In this document: piece after piece, positions 1 through 11,076 of the stretch
How the letters are laid out: the number at the start of each line of letters is the position of its first letter
Numbering within the stretch: position 1 is the stretch's first letter
DNA from: Lepidodermella squamata
Taxonomy: Eukaryota; Animalia; Gastrotricha
DNA length: 64,000 bases
Direction of reading: 5' to 3'
Assembly (NCBI GenBank): GCA_047495785.1
Contig: JBLDXI010000017.1
Coordinates: 1,302,001 to 1,366,000, forward strand
Made by a program: the position numbers and the translations under genes
The notes under the pieces: generated by a model
What the model was told of the DNA's origin: nothing
The model's input: the letters and a program-made list of their open reading frames with translations, nothing else
Databases searched by the model: none

Positions 1-173
1 TGATGCTTGGGAACGCCACTAATATGCCCGCTATTGAAATAAATTACTCAGGGTAGTGTAACAGATGATTCAGTTTCAAGTGAGAAATTCCTGAACGCCA
101 ATTCCGTCAATGGATGCCTGCCTCTAAAATTAACGTTATAGAGAAATTGCACGCAATCCGGTTAGACAAAGGG

Positions 174-182
174 TATATAAAG
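174..182 (+). promoter_or_regulatory. Putative TATA box (TATATAAAG) ~60 bp upstream of the bZIP copy 1 ATG
   Basis: gggTATATAAAGc at 171-183; position is compatible with a core promoter. Confidence 0.4.
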
Positions 183-235
183 CAGGGTTCCAGCAGTGGC
201 TGAAATTATTAATTTTACAGTTTCTTAAAAGAAGA

Positions 236-1303
236 ATGGCAGACATGGGTTCGAACAATCTGCCACATCAAAATGACGAGAAAGCCACACCGCCTAGCAC
301 TTCTGGATTGGTTTACGCTAATCTAACACCAATGCCGCAGGCAGGGACCAACTGCTACTTGCCACCACAAAACCAGCCACAGTTTGGCTACCCGAATCCA
401 GCGCAATATCAGGTATTTTTTTTCGCAGAGGCTTTGAGGTTGATTTCTTCATAGATTCTCTACGTAGTTCTTCCAACCGATTCCAGTTTATGAATTTCCC
501 CCAGGACAGCATATGATGATTCATCAGCACCCATTTGAAGGCTTTCCTATCGCCTTCCCGCAGCAGCCCATTATTCAATATCAACACCATGAGATCAGCC
601 ACACAAGATCTGCCTCAGACTTTACGCCTAATCAGCCGATATCGGTTGAACCTCAACTTGTTGGTACAGCATCAGATGCGAAAACGCGATCGCTACCTAG
701 TACACGCAGACCACGGCGAATCTCAGAATCACATCAGGTTTTTATTTAATTTTGTTTTGGTATAACATTTTTATTTAAATTATTAATTTCAGAGCGCTTG
801 CAAAAATCTATTAACTCGATTAAGAAATCGCGATGCAGCTCGGCGATGCCGAGAGCGTAAAATGACGAAGATAAATGTTCTTCAGGAGGTAAGATTTTAT
901 TAGTTTCCAACATCCAACACGGCGAAATTCATCATTATTTTTTTTGTAGGAGGTCAAAAAGTTGGAAGATGAGCAAAAATCGCTGAATGATATTATAAAT
1001 AATTATGTTCAACTTCCAGCTGAAATTCTAAAGCTGATTCAGTCGCCATCTCACGAGTGCTGTCTTCGGAATGAGCGGCAAAAAATCGTCGAACGACCCA
1101 AGTCTCTTACGCGACCTTCCGAGGAACCGATGGAAACCCTAACAGCAAGAATTGATAGCATGATGGAAACGCCACAGGAAAGTGGTGAGCTCAAGTCGTT
1201 TTCAGACGACGTTCAGCATTTGAGTTTCATGCTTTCAGGTGATTCCCTTCGAACGCCCGTCTCTGATGTGCCACATTTACCATTTGGGGCGTTCAAAAAA
1301 TGA
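236..1303 (+). CDS. bZIP transcription factor, Fos/ATF3-like (cluster copy 1); exons 236-412, 468-737, 793-888, 950-1303
   Basis: GT-AG phase-0 splicing gives ...TRLRNRDAARRCRERKMTKINVLQE|EVKKLEDEQKSLNDIINNY. This has the canonical N-x7-R-x9-L basic region plus zipper, and the intron sits at the c-Fos-type position after the first zipper Leu. The N-terminus is P/Q-rich. Confidence 0.88.
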
Positions 1304-2539
1304 CCTAGCTAGTTCTAAAGTTTAAAATTATTTATGAATAAAATGTGATAATATTATAAAGCTTTATCATTATGAATTTAGGAAGTGTTTTACCCCATGC
1401 ATATCTGGTTTAGTTCTTAAGGGTCTATTTGTATGGCCTTTTAAATTTTGGAATGGGTAACCGGAATATGAGTTCAAATAATAATAGACCTTTTGAATGC
1501 TCATAAATTAGCCAACAGTGCTAACAATTTCGGGGAGATGAGTAGCCAAAATTTAAAGGTGTGTTGGGGATGGCTAGATAAACTCTTATACGGACTTTTC
1601 CCATTTCCCATTCTTTGCCAATTTTTCCAATATGTTAAGACTAACATTACATTCGAGAGGGGGCATGGAACGTTCGCGATAGAGGTCTTGTTGGAAGCAT
1701 GTTATGATGGTGATTCATTTTAACCATCATAAAAATTGGCAGCGTTCGAGCACAGGTTCGCTCTTATAAATGACACCTGAATAGAACAGCTAGATAGCCA
1801 GCCAGGTGTGGGGTTTTTTGTATATGAATGACGACATTTTGATGCATAATAACGGGGAACAGCGGTTTGCCACTTTAACGCAGGTGTGGAAAACGGGCTG
1901 AATTGTTCAAGCGCATCTTGGCAACCATACCTACTATTCCTATGAATAAGAACTATCTGCGTCTTAGATTTCTATACTTTTTCTCCTACGATAAGCATAT
2001 ACGATAGCAATCTTTTCCTATACTATAACCCTCTGGCTGGCTTAGGTCTTACCTAGCTTACGTAGGTCTTTTGCATTGGCCGCTGTTTTGTTTGGGTTTA
2101 TTTAAGCAACTTTTCCTTTCGGGAAAAGAATCGAACATTTTCCCTGAGGGTTTAATCAGAATTTATTTTGGAGGAACCAATTATCAAACTTGGAACTTGT
2201 GTCTCGAATCATTAAAACTTAATAAGCTTTAGTTTTTTGGTGATCACGCCTTGTCATCAAAGTGATGATACAAAAATCTATAGCTATGCTATTTTTTTTA
2301 AATATTTATCACTTAAAATCATAGAATCCCCGATTTTTATTTTTTTATTATTAGTTTTAATTTATTATTAGCGAATTAACTTATCAAAATGTGGCTCCGT
2401 TACCAGTCAATTTTGGTTCTTCTGGAAGTAATATAGAAACTGCAAAGTAATTTAGGTAAAACCATCGCCCTTTCAATGTCCACTTACTCGAATCATAATG
2501 ATTCTCTAAAATTGGGCTATTTCCATTTTAATATTCTGA

Positions 2540-4235
2540 CTGCCATGATATGATGAAAATAACTGTTCCACTATACTTATATTGATGCTGTTTTATAGAG
2601 GCAATGCATTCAACGTCACGGCATTCCCCAATGCTTCGCAGCATTAGCTGCGGCAGCTACTTCACTGACGACTTCGAAGATGGGACATCTATGTTTTCGA
2701 TTTTGGACCCGTCTGTTGATCACTCAGCTCAATCGTTCTTGGTGGCCAATGCTGATCTTACCACTCCAACCTGGGAAGGCGACGGAAATAATCTCGAATC
2801 AACACATTTTCCGTTTGATCAAGATTTGATTGATAAATTTAATAAAATTCCTGACCCGAATTCGTCTAATGATCAGCCCATGGACCAAGCCACAACGTCC
2901 CGTCCTGCGAACCCGTGTGAAGATGTAAGCACATTGAAAATAAAAACTCTGTAATCAGTACCTGTTTTTGTGTTAGACAACGCTGGTCGTAAACAAGAAA
3001 GATGGAAGGAAGAGGGATAGAGCTGAAACGAAAAAAAGCGACAACAATAAAGCGGCGAAAAAATATCGCGAAAAAAAGAAGAAAGAGTGTGACGATCTGA
3101 TTGCGGTATAATTCTTTTTCCAATGTTATCAAGGCCATATTGATTGACGGCTTTCAATTTTTCAGATGTTGAACATTGTAACCGGAGAGGTCGAGCATCT
3201 CGAACGGATCCACATCCGATACAGCAAGCTGATAGCTCAGCTGTTCGAATTAAGTCAGGCTTCCAATTCGCGCCCTGCGCCAGCTGAGGAAATCGGGCAA
3301 ATTTACCAAGCAACTGGCCCGCAATTAACAAGATGGAGTTATAACGGATAAAATGCATCGAAAATACATGCCGAAATTCAGTATATCAAGTCATTCACAG
3401 CAATCTTCCACCACTAAAGCTGTAAATCTTTCGAGAAAAGGCAAACAATTTGGCGAGGAAGCAAATTTATTCTATGCTCGTAGAGTAGTTTTATAATTAT
3501 CATAACCGTAGCGGAGGGTAACTTTGGGCACTTTGGCTTTGCAGTAATAGCTGTGTAACGCCGAACAGGGTTGGTTGCATAACATTTCCCGCCTCTTTAG
3601 CTTGTGATTGGAACAATTTGCTTTGGCGTGGATATCCTTTAGCACTGCTCTCCCAGTTATCGAACAAAGAAAACTCAAGATCCGACGGTTGATTTTTTCA
3701 GGGTATTCGCCTGATGTTAAAAGGCGAAAATTAGGTAATTTTGGACTGTAAACAGGTGCGGCTGTGGGAAAATGTATTTTTTCTCCATTTAAAAAAAAAC
3801 AGATGAATCACAATTGGTTCATAAATTTTTTTCGAAATTTGACCAAGGGTCGATGAAACTGAAAACGTGCGCAAATTCAAAATTACCAGCCAATATGCAA
3901 ACAATATTTTCGATCCCCAAAAATCAGATAAATTTCGTAAAATCACCAAAATTAATGCAGATACATTCGGATTCACCTTACACACCTATTTCTTGTGTGT
4001 CTTCTATGTCATAAATTTCTGAATTAAGACAGATTTATATTAATTCTCAAAAAGCATGGTTCTGTCCAAATTTACCCTCCGCTACGGTATCCCTGCATTT
4101 CCTTCATTTGTCATCTATATGGAGGCCTGTGAATAATATTCAGCTTTTCTTCAATAAAAACAGAGATTTACGAACATCTTAACTCAATGCAAACAGACTG
4201 CGCGTTATTTTTATCTCAGGTTGGACGAGATTAAA
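2540..4235 (+). repeat. Segmental tandem duplication, copy A (copy B at ~5480-7020)
   Basis: Coding, intronic and ~0.8 kb of downstream non-coding sequence align by eye, e.g. ttctatgctcgta.agtagtttt...gcggagggtaacttt at 3470 and 6380, and gcgttatttttatct.agg at ~4202 and ~6987. Confidence 0.85.
2604..3351 (+). CDS. Divergent bZIP transcription factor (cluster copy 2); exons ~2604-2925, 2977-3105, 3166-3351
   Basis: Spliced product ...KKSDNNKAAKKYREKKKKECDDLIA|MLNIVTGEVEHLERIHIRYSKLIAQL, with N-x7-R-x9-L spacing. The start is uncertain: there is a splice acceptor at 2598 and an ATG at 2631 that is conserved with copy 3. Confidence 0.8.
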
Positions 4236-5479
4236 GTTCACTCTCAAAAAAGTCTCGTTATAGCCCTATACAAAAAGAATAAAGACGCGGGAGGAATTTT
4301 TAGGAGGGGAGCATCCTTAGAGGTCTTAAATTCGAAAATTTAAAATCATCAAGAAAAAACTGAGTATAAGAACATCTTGAAATCGTAGAATCGTCCTTCT
4401 TCAAGTGAGCATACTTTTTGAGATTTTGCTGGAAAATACAGAAACTTCGCCAAAGCCAACTTTTCACTTGTTAACGGTGATACGTGGGCTGGAAATTGAG
4501 GATGTTGATTCATTCGAACTCACGTGAAAACTGCCAACGTTCGAGCACGAAATTTCACGTGTAAAGGTTGAACACCTAACACACCGCCTACAGACCACAG
4601 AGAAAGCCATCGTGCTTTTCCATTGTATAAGCAGAAGACGGTACGAAATGAATTTAGAAATGACGGCATTTTTATGAATTAGTTTTTCCCGCCGCAGCGG
4701 GCACACGAGGTGTGAAAAAACGGGCTATATTTTTAAGCGAATATCTTGGCCACTAAACTAGTCATAAATTGATATATATGCCTTTTGGAGTATTAAGAAA
4801 TGTTTCTAAAAAAGTTGTTCTCTTATGGAAAGCCTACTGCAAAACTCTTCGGCTATCTTCAAATTATTTCAGCTAGTTAGCTTGTACCCTAGGTCTTTCG
4901 TTTTGCGGTCTATCGTTCCACAGGCCTTTTTGATTATATAACAGGAACTACATTTTTTGATATATTTTGAACTGATCAGTTCAAAATTTAGCGCGCGCGG
5001 GAAATTCTACGTCTATTATTTCGTAGCGATAATAATTTGGGGCAATATTTTCTTGACCTTGTCAAATATGAAATATGTTTCATCCAGAACAAAAAATTGT
5101 CCTAAAAGTAAACGCATCTCGAATTTTTAGGGCGAGATAGCTATATCCATAGCTAAAATCGAAATTTTTAGTGATTTAATAATTCTGCAAAGAATTCCTT
5201 TAGTTCGTCTGTAGATATTCTAAAACAAGTCCACATGTGCCCTACGACGTTCTCCCAAAATGTGTACAGCTTGGAATGCCGCATCGATAGCCCCGTTCTA
5301 CCACCCTAATAAATAGCCTGGACAATGCCTTAAGAGATTATGGATGGCAATTTTAACCCCAGAGACCTTTGAAATTTTAGAGACCTTAGAGCCTTCTTCA
5401 ACACTTTTCCCTCCTCTTTGAAGTAAATTACCACGAATCCTAATACTCAATATTGGACTGTTTCATCATACAATTCCAG

Positions 5480-7020
5480 TTACGGAGATTTTATGAAATT
5501 TACTGTTATACTTTATTTTGCTGTTCTATTATAGAGGCCGAGTATTCAAAGTTACGGCATTACCCAATGCCGCGCAGCTTTAGCTGTGGCAGCTGTCTCA
5601 TGGACGACATCGAAGATGCAATATCTTTGTCTTCGATATTGGGAATAAAGGACCCGGACCCGTACGCTGATCACTCAGTTCAATCGTTGGTGTCGAATGC
5701 TGAACTCTTCACTCCAACCTCGTCAGATGATGCAAATCACCCCAAATCAACACATTTTTCGTTTGATCAAGTTTCGATTGATAAATTGAATGAAATTCCT
5801 GATCTGAATTCGTCGAATGATCTGCCCATGGACCAAGCCACTACGCCGCGTCCTTCGAGCCCGTGTGAAGAAGTAAGCAAGTATAGCAAAGAATTTATAC
5901 ACCAGTATCCATTTTCTTGGTAGACAACGCTGGTCGTAATCAAGAAGGATGGCAGGAAAAGGGATAAAGCTGGAACTAAAAGAAGCGACAACAATAAAGC
6001 GGCGAAAAGATATCGCGACAAAAAGAAGAAGGAACATGACGATCTTATTGCGGTATAATTCTTAATCCAATGATGTTATATCGGGGCGCTTGATAGACGG
6101 CTTTCAATTTTTCAGATATTGGACATTGCAACCAGAGAGGTTAATCAACTCGAATCGATCCACATTCGATACAGCAAGCTGGTGGCTCAGCTGCACGAAT
6201 TTAAAATCACACCCCGGCCAGCTGTGGAAATCGGGCAAATTTACCAAGCTGCCGGTCCGCAATTTGCAAGATGGAGTTATTCCGGATAAAATGCATAGAA
6301 AAATACCATGAATTTCAATGTATAATTTGCAGCAATTTCCGGCTCTAAATTGAACATCTTCTGAGAAAAGGCAAATTCATTCTATGCTCGTAAAGTAGTT
6401 TTAATTATCATTACCATAGCGGAGGGTAACTTTGAACACTGGCTTAATCCTTAAAAATGAAAACTTATTTTTGCTGGACATTCGCCTGAATTTCAGGTGA
6501 GATTCGGCTAATTTTGGACTATTTATGAATATTTATATTTCTAAATTTTTTGATAAAAACAGATGCAACATCTTCAGTTTTTTTAATTTGACCCAAGAGT
6601 CGATAAAAAATGATAACGCACAATGTCATTGCGTGCGCAAATGAGCGTTCAAAATTACCCGCTATAATTGTCCAAATATATGCAAAAATGTTTTCCATCG
6701 CAAAAGAAATCAGGTGAATTTCAAAAAAATCACCTAAATTTGCAGATCAATCCGGAATCACCTCACACTCCTATTTCTGAAATATCATGAATTTCCGAAC
6801 TAAGACTGAATTTTTGCTGAAAAACATGGTTTCGTCCAGAATTACCTTCCGCTACAATATCCGTGCATTTCCACCATTTCTAATCAAGGTTGAAGTTTGC
6901 GTGTGTTGAGGTCTATGATTAATATTCAATTTCGTTAATAAAAACGGGAGTTTTCAGACTATTTTTTTACTCAATGTACAAACAGTGCGTTATTTTTATC
7001 TGAGGCTTTCGGCGAGATTA
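5480..7020 (+). repeat. Segmental tandem duplication, copy B
   Basis: See copy A; boundaries are approximate. Confidence 0.85.
5567..6289 (+). CDS. Divergent bZIP transcription factor (cluster copy 3, recent duplicate of copy 2); exons ~5567-5872, 5924-6052, 6116-6289
   Basis: ...KRSDNNKAAKRYRDKKKKEHDDLIA|ILDIATREVNQLESIHIRYSKLVAQL...RWSYSG*. Exon structure matches copy 2. The 5' end is uncertain. Confidence 0.8.
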
Positions 7021-7204
7021 TAGTTGCGTTGGCACGCTTTACGTGACGTTGAAACAAAACGATGCTACGCGAAGCCGTAAAGAAATAGAAATGACTCAAA
7101 TGCTATTAGCTAACGTTGCGGTGCCTGACGCATTTTACGTGTGGGTTTATATTAGGTTCGAACGGGATCCTCAAAATAGTATAGTTACTTTCACTGCTAT
7201 TTCA

Positions 7205-7828
7205 ATGATTCGCCGCTCTAAGTCCGATCAGGTTTGATTATATTGCTGAATTGTTCCGGGCTCTTACTTTACTTTAAAGACTCATAACCATCCCGCTGAA
7301 ATGGATTTCCACCGGGAATTGACGAAGAAAGAACGCAATAGATTGGCTGCTGCAAAAACTCGCGAAACTCGTGGTAAAAGAGTAGCTTTCCTGTCAAATG
7401 TAAAGGCCGTAATTTCGTAATATTTAAAAATAATTTTCAAGAAATAAATTCAGCTTGTTTACAACATTCAAGAGGAGGTTCAAGAGCTGGAGAGCCTCAA
7501 AATCCGCTTTGAATATTTATTAGAAAATATGCAGGATCTATTGGCTTCCGTTGAGATGAATCGGCCATTTAGCTTACCGCTAACTCCAACCGCTGAATAT
7601 CAATTTACCAACAATTTCTTCTGCTCGAACATGGACGAACTTGAAACGCCCAAAGTCGAAGAGCGAGACTATGGTTTTGATGAGACGGCAGTTTGCTCTC
7701 GATATTCTTTATATCGGCCCGAAAACACCCCGATTTATGCTCGGCTGTCTTGGTCAGCTTCTGATTTCTTCACCGAACAATCTTTGGATAACAATAAGAA
7801 GGAAGATTTCAAGCTGCTTCAGCTGTGA
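7205..7828 (+). CDS. Short bZIP transcription factor, Fos/ATF3/BATF-like (cluster copy 4); exons 7205-7231, 7280-7399, 7454-7828
   Basis: MIRRSKSDQ|THNHPAEMDFHRELTKKERNRLAAAKTRETRGKRVAFLSN|LVYNIQEEVQELESLKIRFEYLL. The ERNRLAAAK.R motif is present. Confidence 0.85.
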
Positions 7829-8032
7829 CTTTGTTTGGCACCATCTATCGTGTCCCTTTATGACTCGGCCGTTTTTACAATAAAAAAGTCGATGATTAAT
7901 GTCCTGGTGTTAATCTCTGAGACGTATCATTATGTCAGGTCACAGCGCTGTGACCTAGAGTATAGCAGGGTGTCCTTGAAATCAGGGGCCAGTTTCTAAG
8001 GTCCCCAAGGGCCAGTTATTTTAGCATCGAAA

Positions 8033-8677
8033 ATGGACATGGACTTTTCTATAAGATCATGGGACTTGTCTATTTTCGCAGCTAAATCTCGAAAAATCAG
8101 TATGACGAAGGTCGCAGATGACCGTTTCGTCAACTTTGCTCGAAAAGCTGAACCTTTTTACGCCTGGCTGCGGCAAGCTAACGATTACTTTTCGATCGAT
8201 TTAATTCCAAGTCAAGACCTAGGTGATATTATTGAATCTCATGGCAAATTCAAAGCGTCAATGGTCCAAGCTCAGAAGGATCTGGTAAAACTAGGCGAAA
8301 TCGATGTGGATTGCCCGAATCCTTACACCTGGATACGCATGGCTGATTTGAGAAACGAATGGGAAAAATTGCAACGGGCCGTTTCCCGCCGGGATGAAGA
8401 AATCGCTCGAAAATTCAGCGAGCAAAAATGGACGTCAATCTACTTTTCACCTGTTCCTAAAACGTCGTTCAAACAGCTGAAAAGCTACCTGCGTTCGGTT
8501 AATTATCGATTCCGTGGCGAAATTGTTTATGACAAGAATGCGAATTACGCCATCATCGACTTTGAACAACCGGCAGCAGCGGAAATTCTACGCCAGCCAA
8601 CTTTTGCGTTCGATAAATGGGGAATCACTTCTCGCGTCCATGAAATCAATCGATATGATGACTATCAGCAGTCTTAA
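8033..8677 (+). CDS. Intronless chimeric protein: one alpha-spectrin-type repeat plus a C-terminal RRM-like domain
   Basis: FVNFARKAEPFYAWL...H.KFKAS...AQKD...NPYTWIRMADL.NEWEKLQRAVSRRDEEI resembles the NPYTW-containing penultimate repeat of alpha-spectrin (recalled from memory). It is followed by RNP2-like (SIYFSPV) and RNP1-like (NYAIIDF) motifs. The true start may be the ATG at 8102. AATAAA at 8717. Confidence 0.7.
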   Translation: MDMDFSIRSWDLSIFAAKSRKISMTKVADDRFVNFARKAEPFYAWLRQANDYFSIDLIPSQDLGDIIESHGKFKASMVQAQKDLVKLGEIDVDCPNPYTWIRMADLRNEWEKLQRAVSRRDEEIARKFSEQKWTSIYFSPVPKTSFKQLKSYLRSVNYRFRGEIVYDKNANYAIIDFEQPAAAEILRQPTFAFDKWGITSRVHEINRYDDYQQS

Positions 8678-9406
8678 ATAAATCCAAATTACTGTAAAAC
8701 TATTGGTATTCAGCTTAATAAAGGCAGCACATTTACTTCATTTCATTTTGAGTGCAGCAATATTTTATTTGACAAGAGAAAATAGGACAGTTTTCATTTA
8801 GATTACGTGCGCGACTTGAAAACTAACTTGAAAGTTGCGTTATACTAATAATGCCTGTTCGAAAATAGCTCAAGAAGTCGGTCAGCCGCAGCAAAATGGC
8901 TGATGTGTGCGGCTTCAAGGTTTTTTTATGAGTAATGTTTCATAAATTTGCTCTCATCATAAGTAGAGAGGTATTTGCAAAAGATGAATCACGTTGACTC
9001 AAGTTTTATTTAGAACACAGAATGGATTACATTTAAACCTCAAGAACGGCTCTACAACGTTTGAGCCAACTCATTTCAGTCAGGCTTAGCCCGAATAAGC
9101 AGCTAGAATTACAATTTATTTCCAAAAATTGTATAAAATTGACATTATTTGCCAACGACTATTCAGCCAAATTCAATTGCCACCATCAATTGGAGACAAA
9201 ATCAGAGGCATTGGGCAATTTTAAAAATTGTATTGCCGCAAGTCAGCTTCAAAAAGTTCGATTTTTTAAAAAAATTTTCAACTACAAGTAGGACAAGTCT
9301 ACGATTTTTTCTATTTCAATCGACAAACTCTAGATCTCTTAGAAAATCATAATTTCCTTGTCTGTAAAAAACAATTCGCTTTCATTCACTTATGACAGAA
9401 AAAGCC

Positions 9407-9790
9407 GTAGTGCGACATTTCAGCCGACGACAACTCAGCCAAATCGCAGCTAAAATTAATTAATTTCATACAAATGGGCAATTAATTGCGTAATATCAAG
9501 TTCGAAAGGGCGCCGGGGAACAATAAGACCCAGCACCCAGCAGACTGGACCTCATCGTCCGAGACTACGACTTCGCCCGCGTCCTGATCTCGGTCTTCCT
9601 TGGCTTCCTGAACCGCGCCATCTTTGACACATGTAACATCCAACTTTGTTTGGCCCAGTCTTTGGCTCTGGATCATCCACAGCACCCTCTCGATCCATTT
9701 CATTGATATTACGCTATCAATTGCCCATTTTTATGACATAAATTAATTTTTTCGCTTGGCTGAGCTGAGTTGGCTGAAATGTCGTAGAAC
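9407..9790. mobile_element. Non-autonomous TIR element (~90 bp imperfect inverted arms) enclosing a 203 bp GC-rich insert
   Basis: 9413-9499 (cgacatttcagcc...aaatgggcaattaattgcgtaatatcaa) is the reverse complement of 9703-9784 (ttgatattacgctatcaattgcccattt...ggctgaaatgtcg). No TSD identified. Confidence 0.7.
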
Positions 9791-10047
9791 TAAAAAAAGC
9801 TAGAAAGCTTGAAATCATCGAAATTTGATCTCTTCTGGGATAATTCAGTTCATGCAATTCAGGCCAATTTTTGGAAACCTGATGTGATCAGATTTCTATG
9901 GTTAACTATCAATGCATGAAGCCCTGATAATGAAATTGTGGTTGTCACGCTGAGTTGTCATCGGCTAGTTCCATTTTCTTTGCTTTTAGATGTTTATCGT
10001 GATTCGAGCAAAAAGCCGTTAGAAATTATGACAATCAAGTAACAACC

Positions 10048-10797
10048 ATGTCTGTTGGTGAACATTCTTTGGCAAGCGATATCAGTTTCAACGCATCAAC
10101 CCCATCGCCAGCGGCATGCAAGCGAAGAGCAACGCCGGGTCGAAGGAGAAAACGTGATACGGAACAACCTTTTTTGGTTCGAAACTTATATATTTCCAGG
10201 TTATGATGATTTCAAGTATAATGATTGCTTGCTCAGGTGGATGAAAAATTGGAGAAAAAGCGCGAAAAAGACAGGCTGGCAGCGAAGAAAAGCCGACTCG
10301 GCCGTGACAAACGGATTCAATTTTTGGAAAATGTGAGGACTGACTTTTTGAAAAAAAAATAATATTGATATAAAATGCAAAATAAAATAATTATGATTTT
10401 AGGAAACGAATTTTAGGCACAACTTTTTGTCCGTGCTGCGAATTAAATTTTTTGTCATCTCTTCCCCTTCCAGAAAATAATGTCGCTAAGATACGAAGTC
10501 GCCCAGCTAACGGCCCTTGTCCAGCGATACGAGATATTCAACTCTACTATTTTACCGGAATTGTCGAGGCAGGTAATGCTGAAAAATGAAATTGAGGCCG
10601 AGCCGAGCCGTATGACAGAGGCATTGACTGGCACAACGAGAACTTGGCAATCCGAAATTTCTATCGAGGAACTTCAACGGGTTTATTTGCCTGCCGGTGT
10701 CAGCTCTTCGGATGATTTTTCATTCACTGAAATCGGGCCTTCCTTGCCATCGCCTGGGACAACTGCATCTTTGCAAAAGTTACAACTGAGGCGATAA
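10048..10797 (+). CDS. Divergent bZIP factor (cluster copy 5) with Asp at the invariant Asn; exons 10048-10176, 10237-10332, 10474-10797
   Basis: ...VDEKLEKKREKDRLAAKKSRLGRDKRIQFLEN|KIMSLRYEVAQLTALVQRYEIF. The phase-0 intron is at the same position as in the other copies. Confidence 0.8.
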
Positions 10798-10804
10798 TGT
10801 GGGT

Positions 10805-11076
10805 ACCACAAAAAATGCACCCTAATTAAGGGGCATATTATCACCCTTATTCAGTTATTTTGCACCCTAATTACAGGGTGGCCAAAAAATTCCGCAGAGC
10901 GGGAATTCGCTGCGCATCAATTTAATGAGGAGTTTTAAGAAGTTGAAGAATTTCAAGCATTCTTTTGCCAATGGAATTCCTCAATTTCTTGAAACTCCTC
11001 ATTAAAATGATGCGCAGCGAATTCCCGCTCTGCGGAATTTTTTGGCCACCCTGTAGGGTGAATTTTTTCTGGTGTA
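10805..11076. mobile_element. Older short TIR element into which the CAGGGTG MITE inserted
   Basis: Left ACCACAAAAAATGCACCCTA versus the right-end reverse complement ACCAGAAAAAATTCACCCTA. Confidence 0.6.
10874..11053. mobile_element. Tc1/mariner-type MITE (CAGGGTG termini, TA TSD), near-palindromic
   Basis: TA|CAGGGTGGCCAAAAAATTCCGCAGAGCGGGAATTCGCTGCGCATCA...TGATGCGCAGCGAATTCCCGCTCTGCGGAATTTTTTGGCCACCCTG|TA. A second copy lies at 55701-55879. Confidence 0.9.

Noticed and set aside
1493-1723. 76 aa ORF between bZIP copies 1 and 2
   Set aside because: Non-ATG start, no motif and no splice support.
5236-5309. Short upstream ORF before bZIP copy 3 (ATF4-style uORF control)
   Set aside because: Not visibly conserved before copy 2 and the TSS is unknown, so it cannot be supported.
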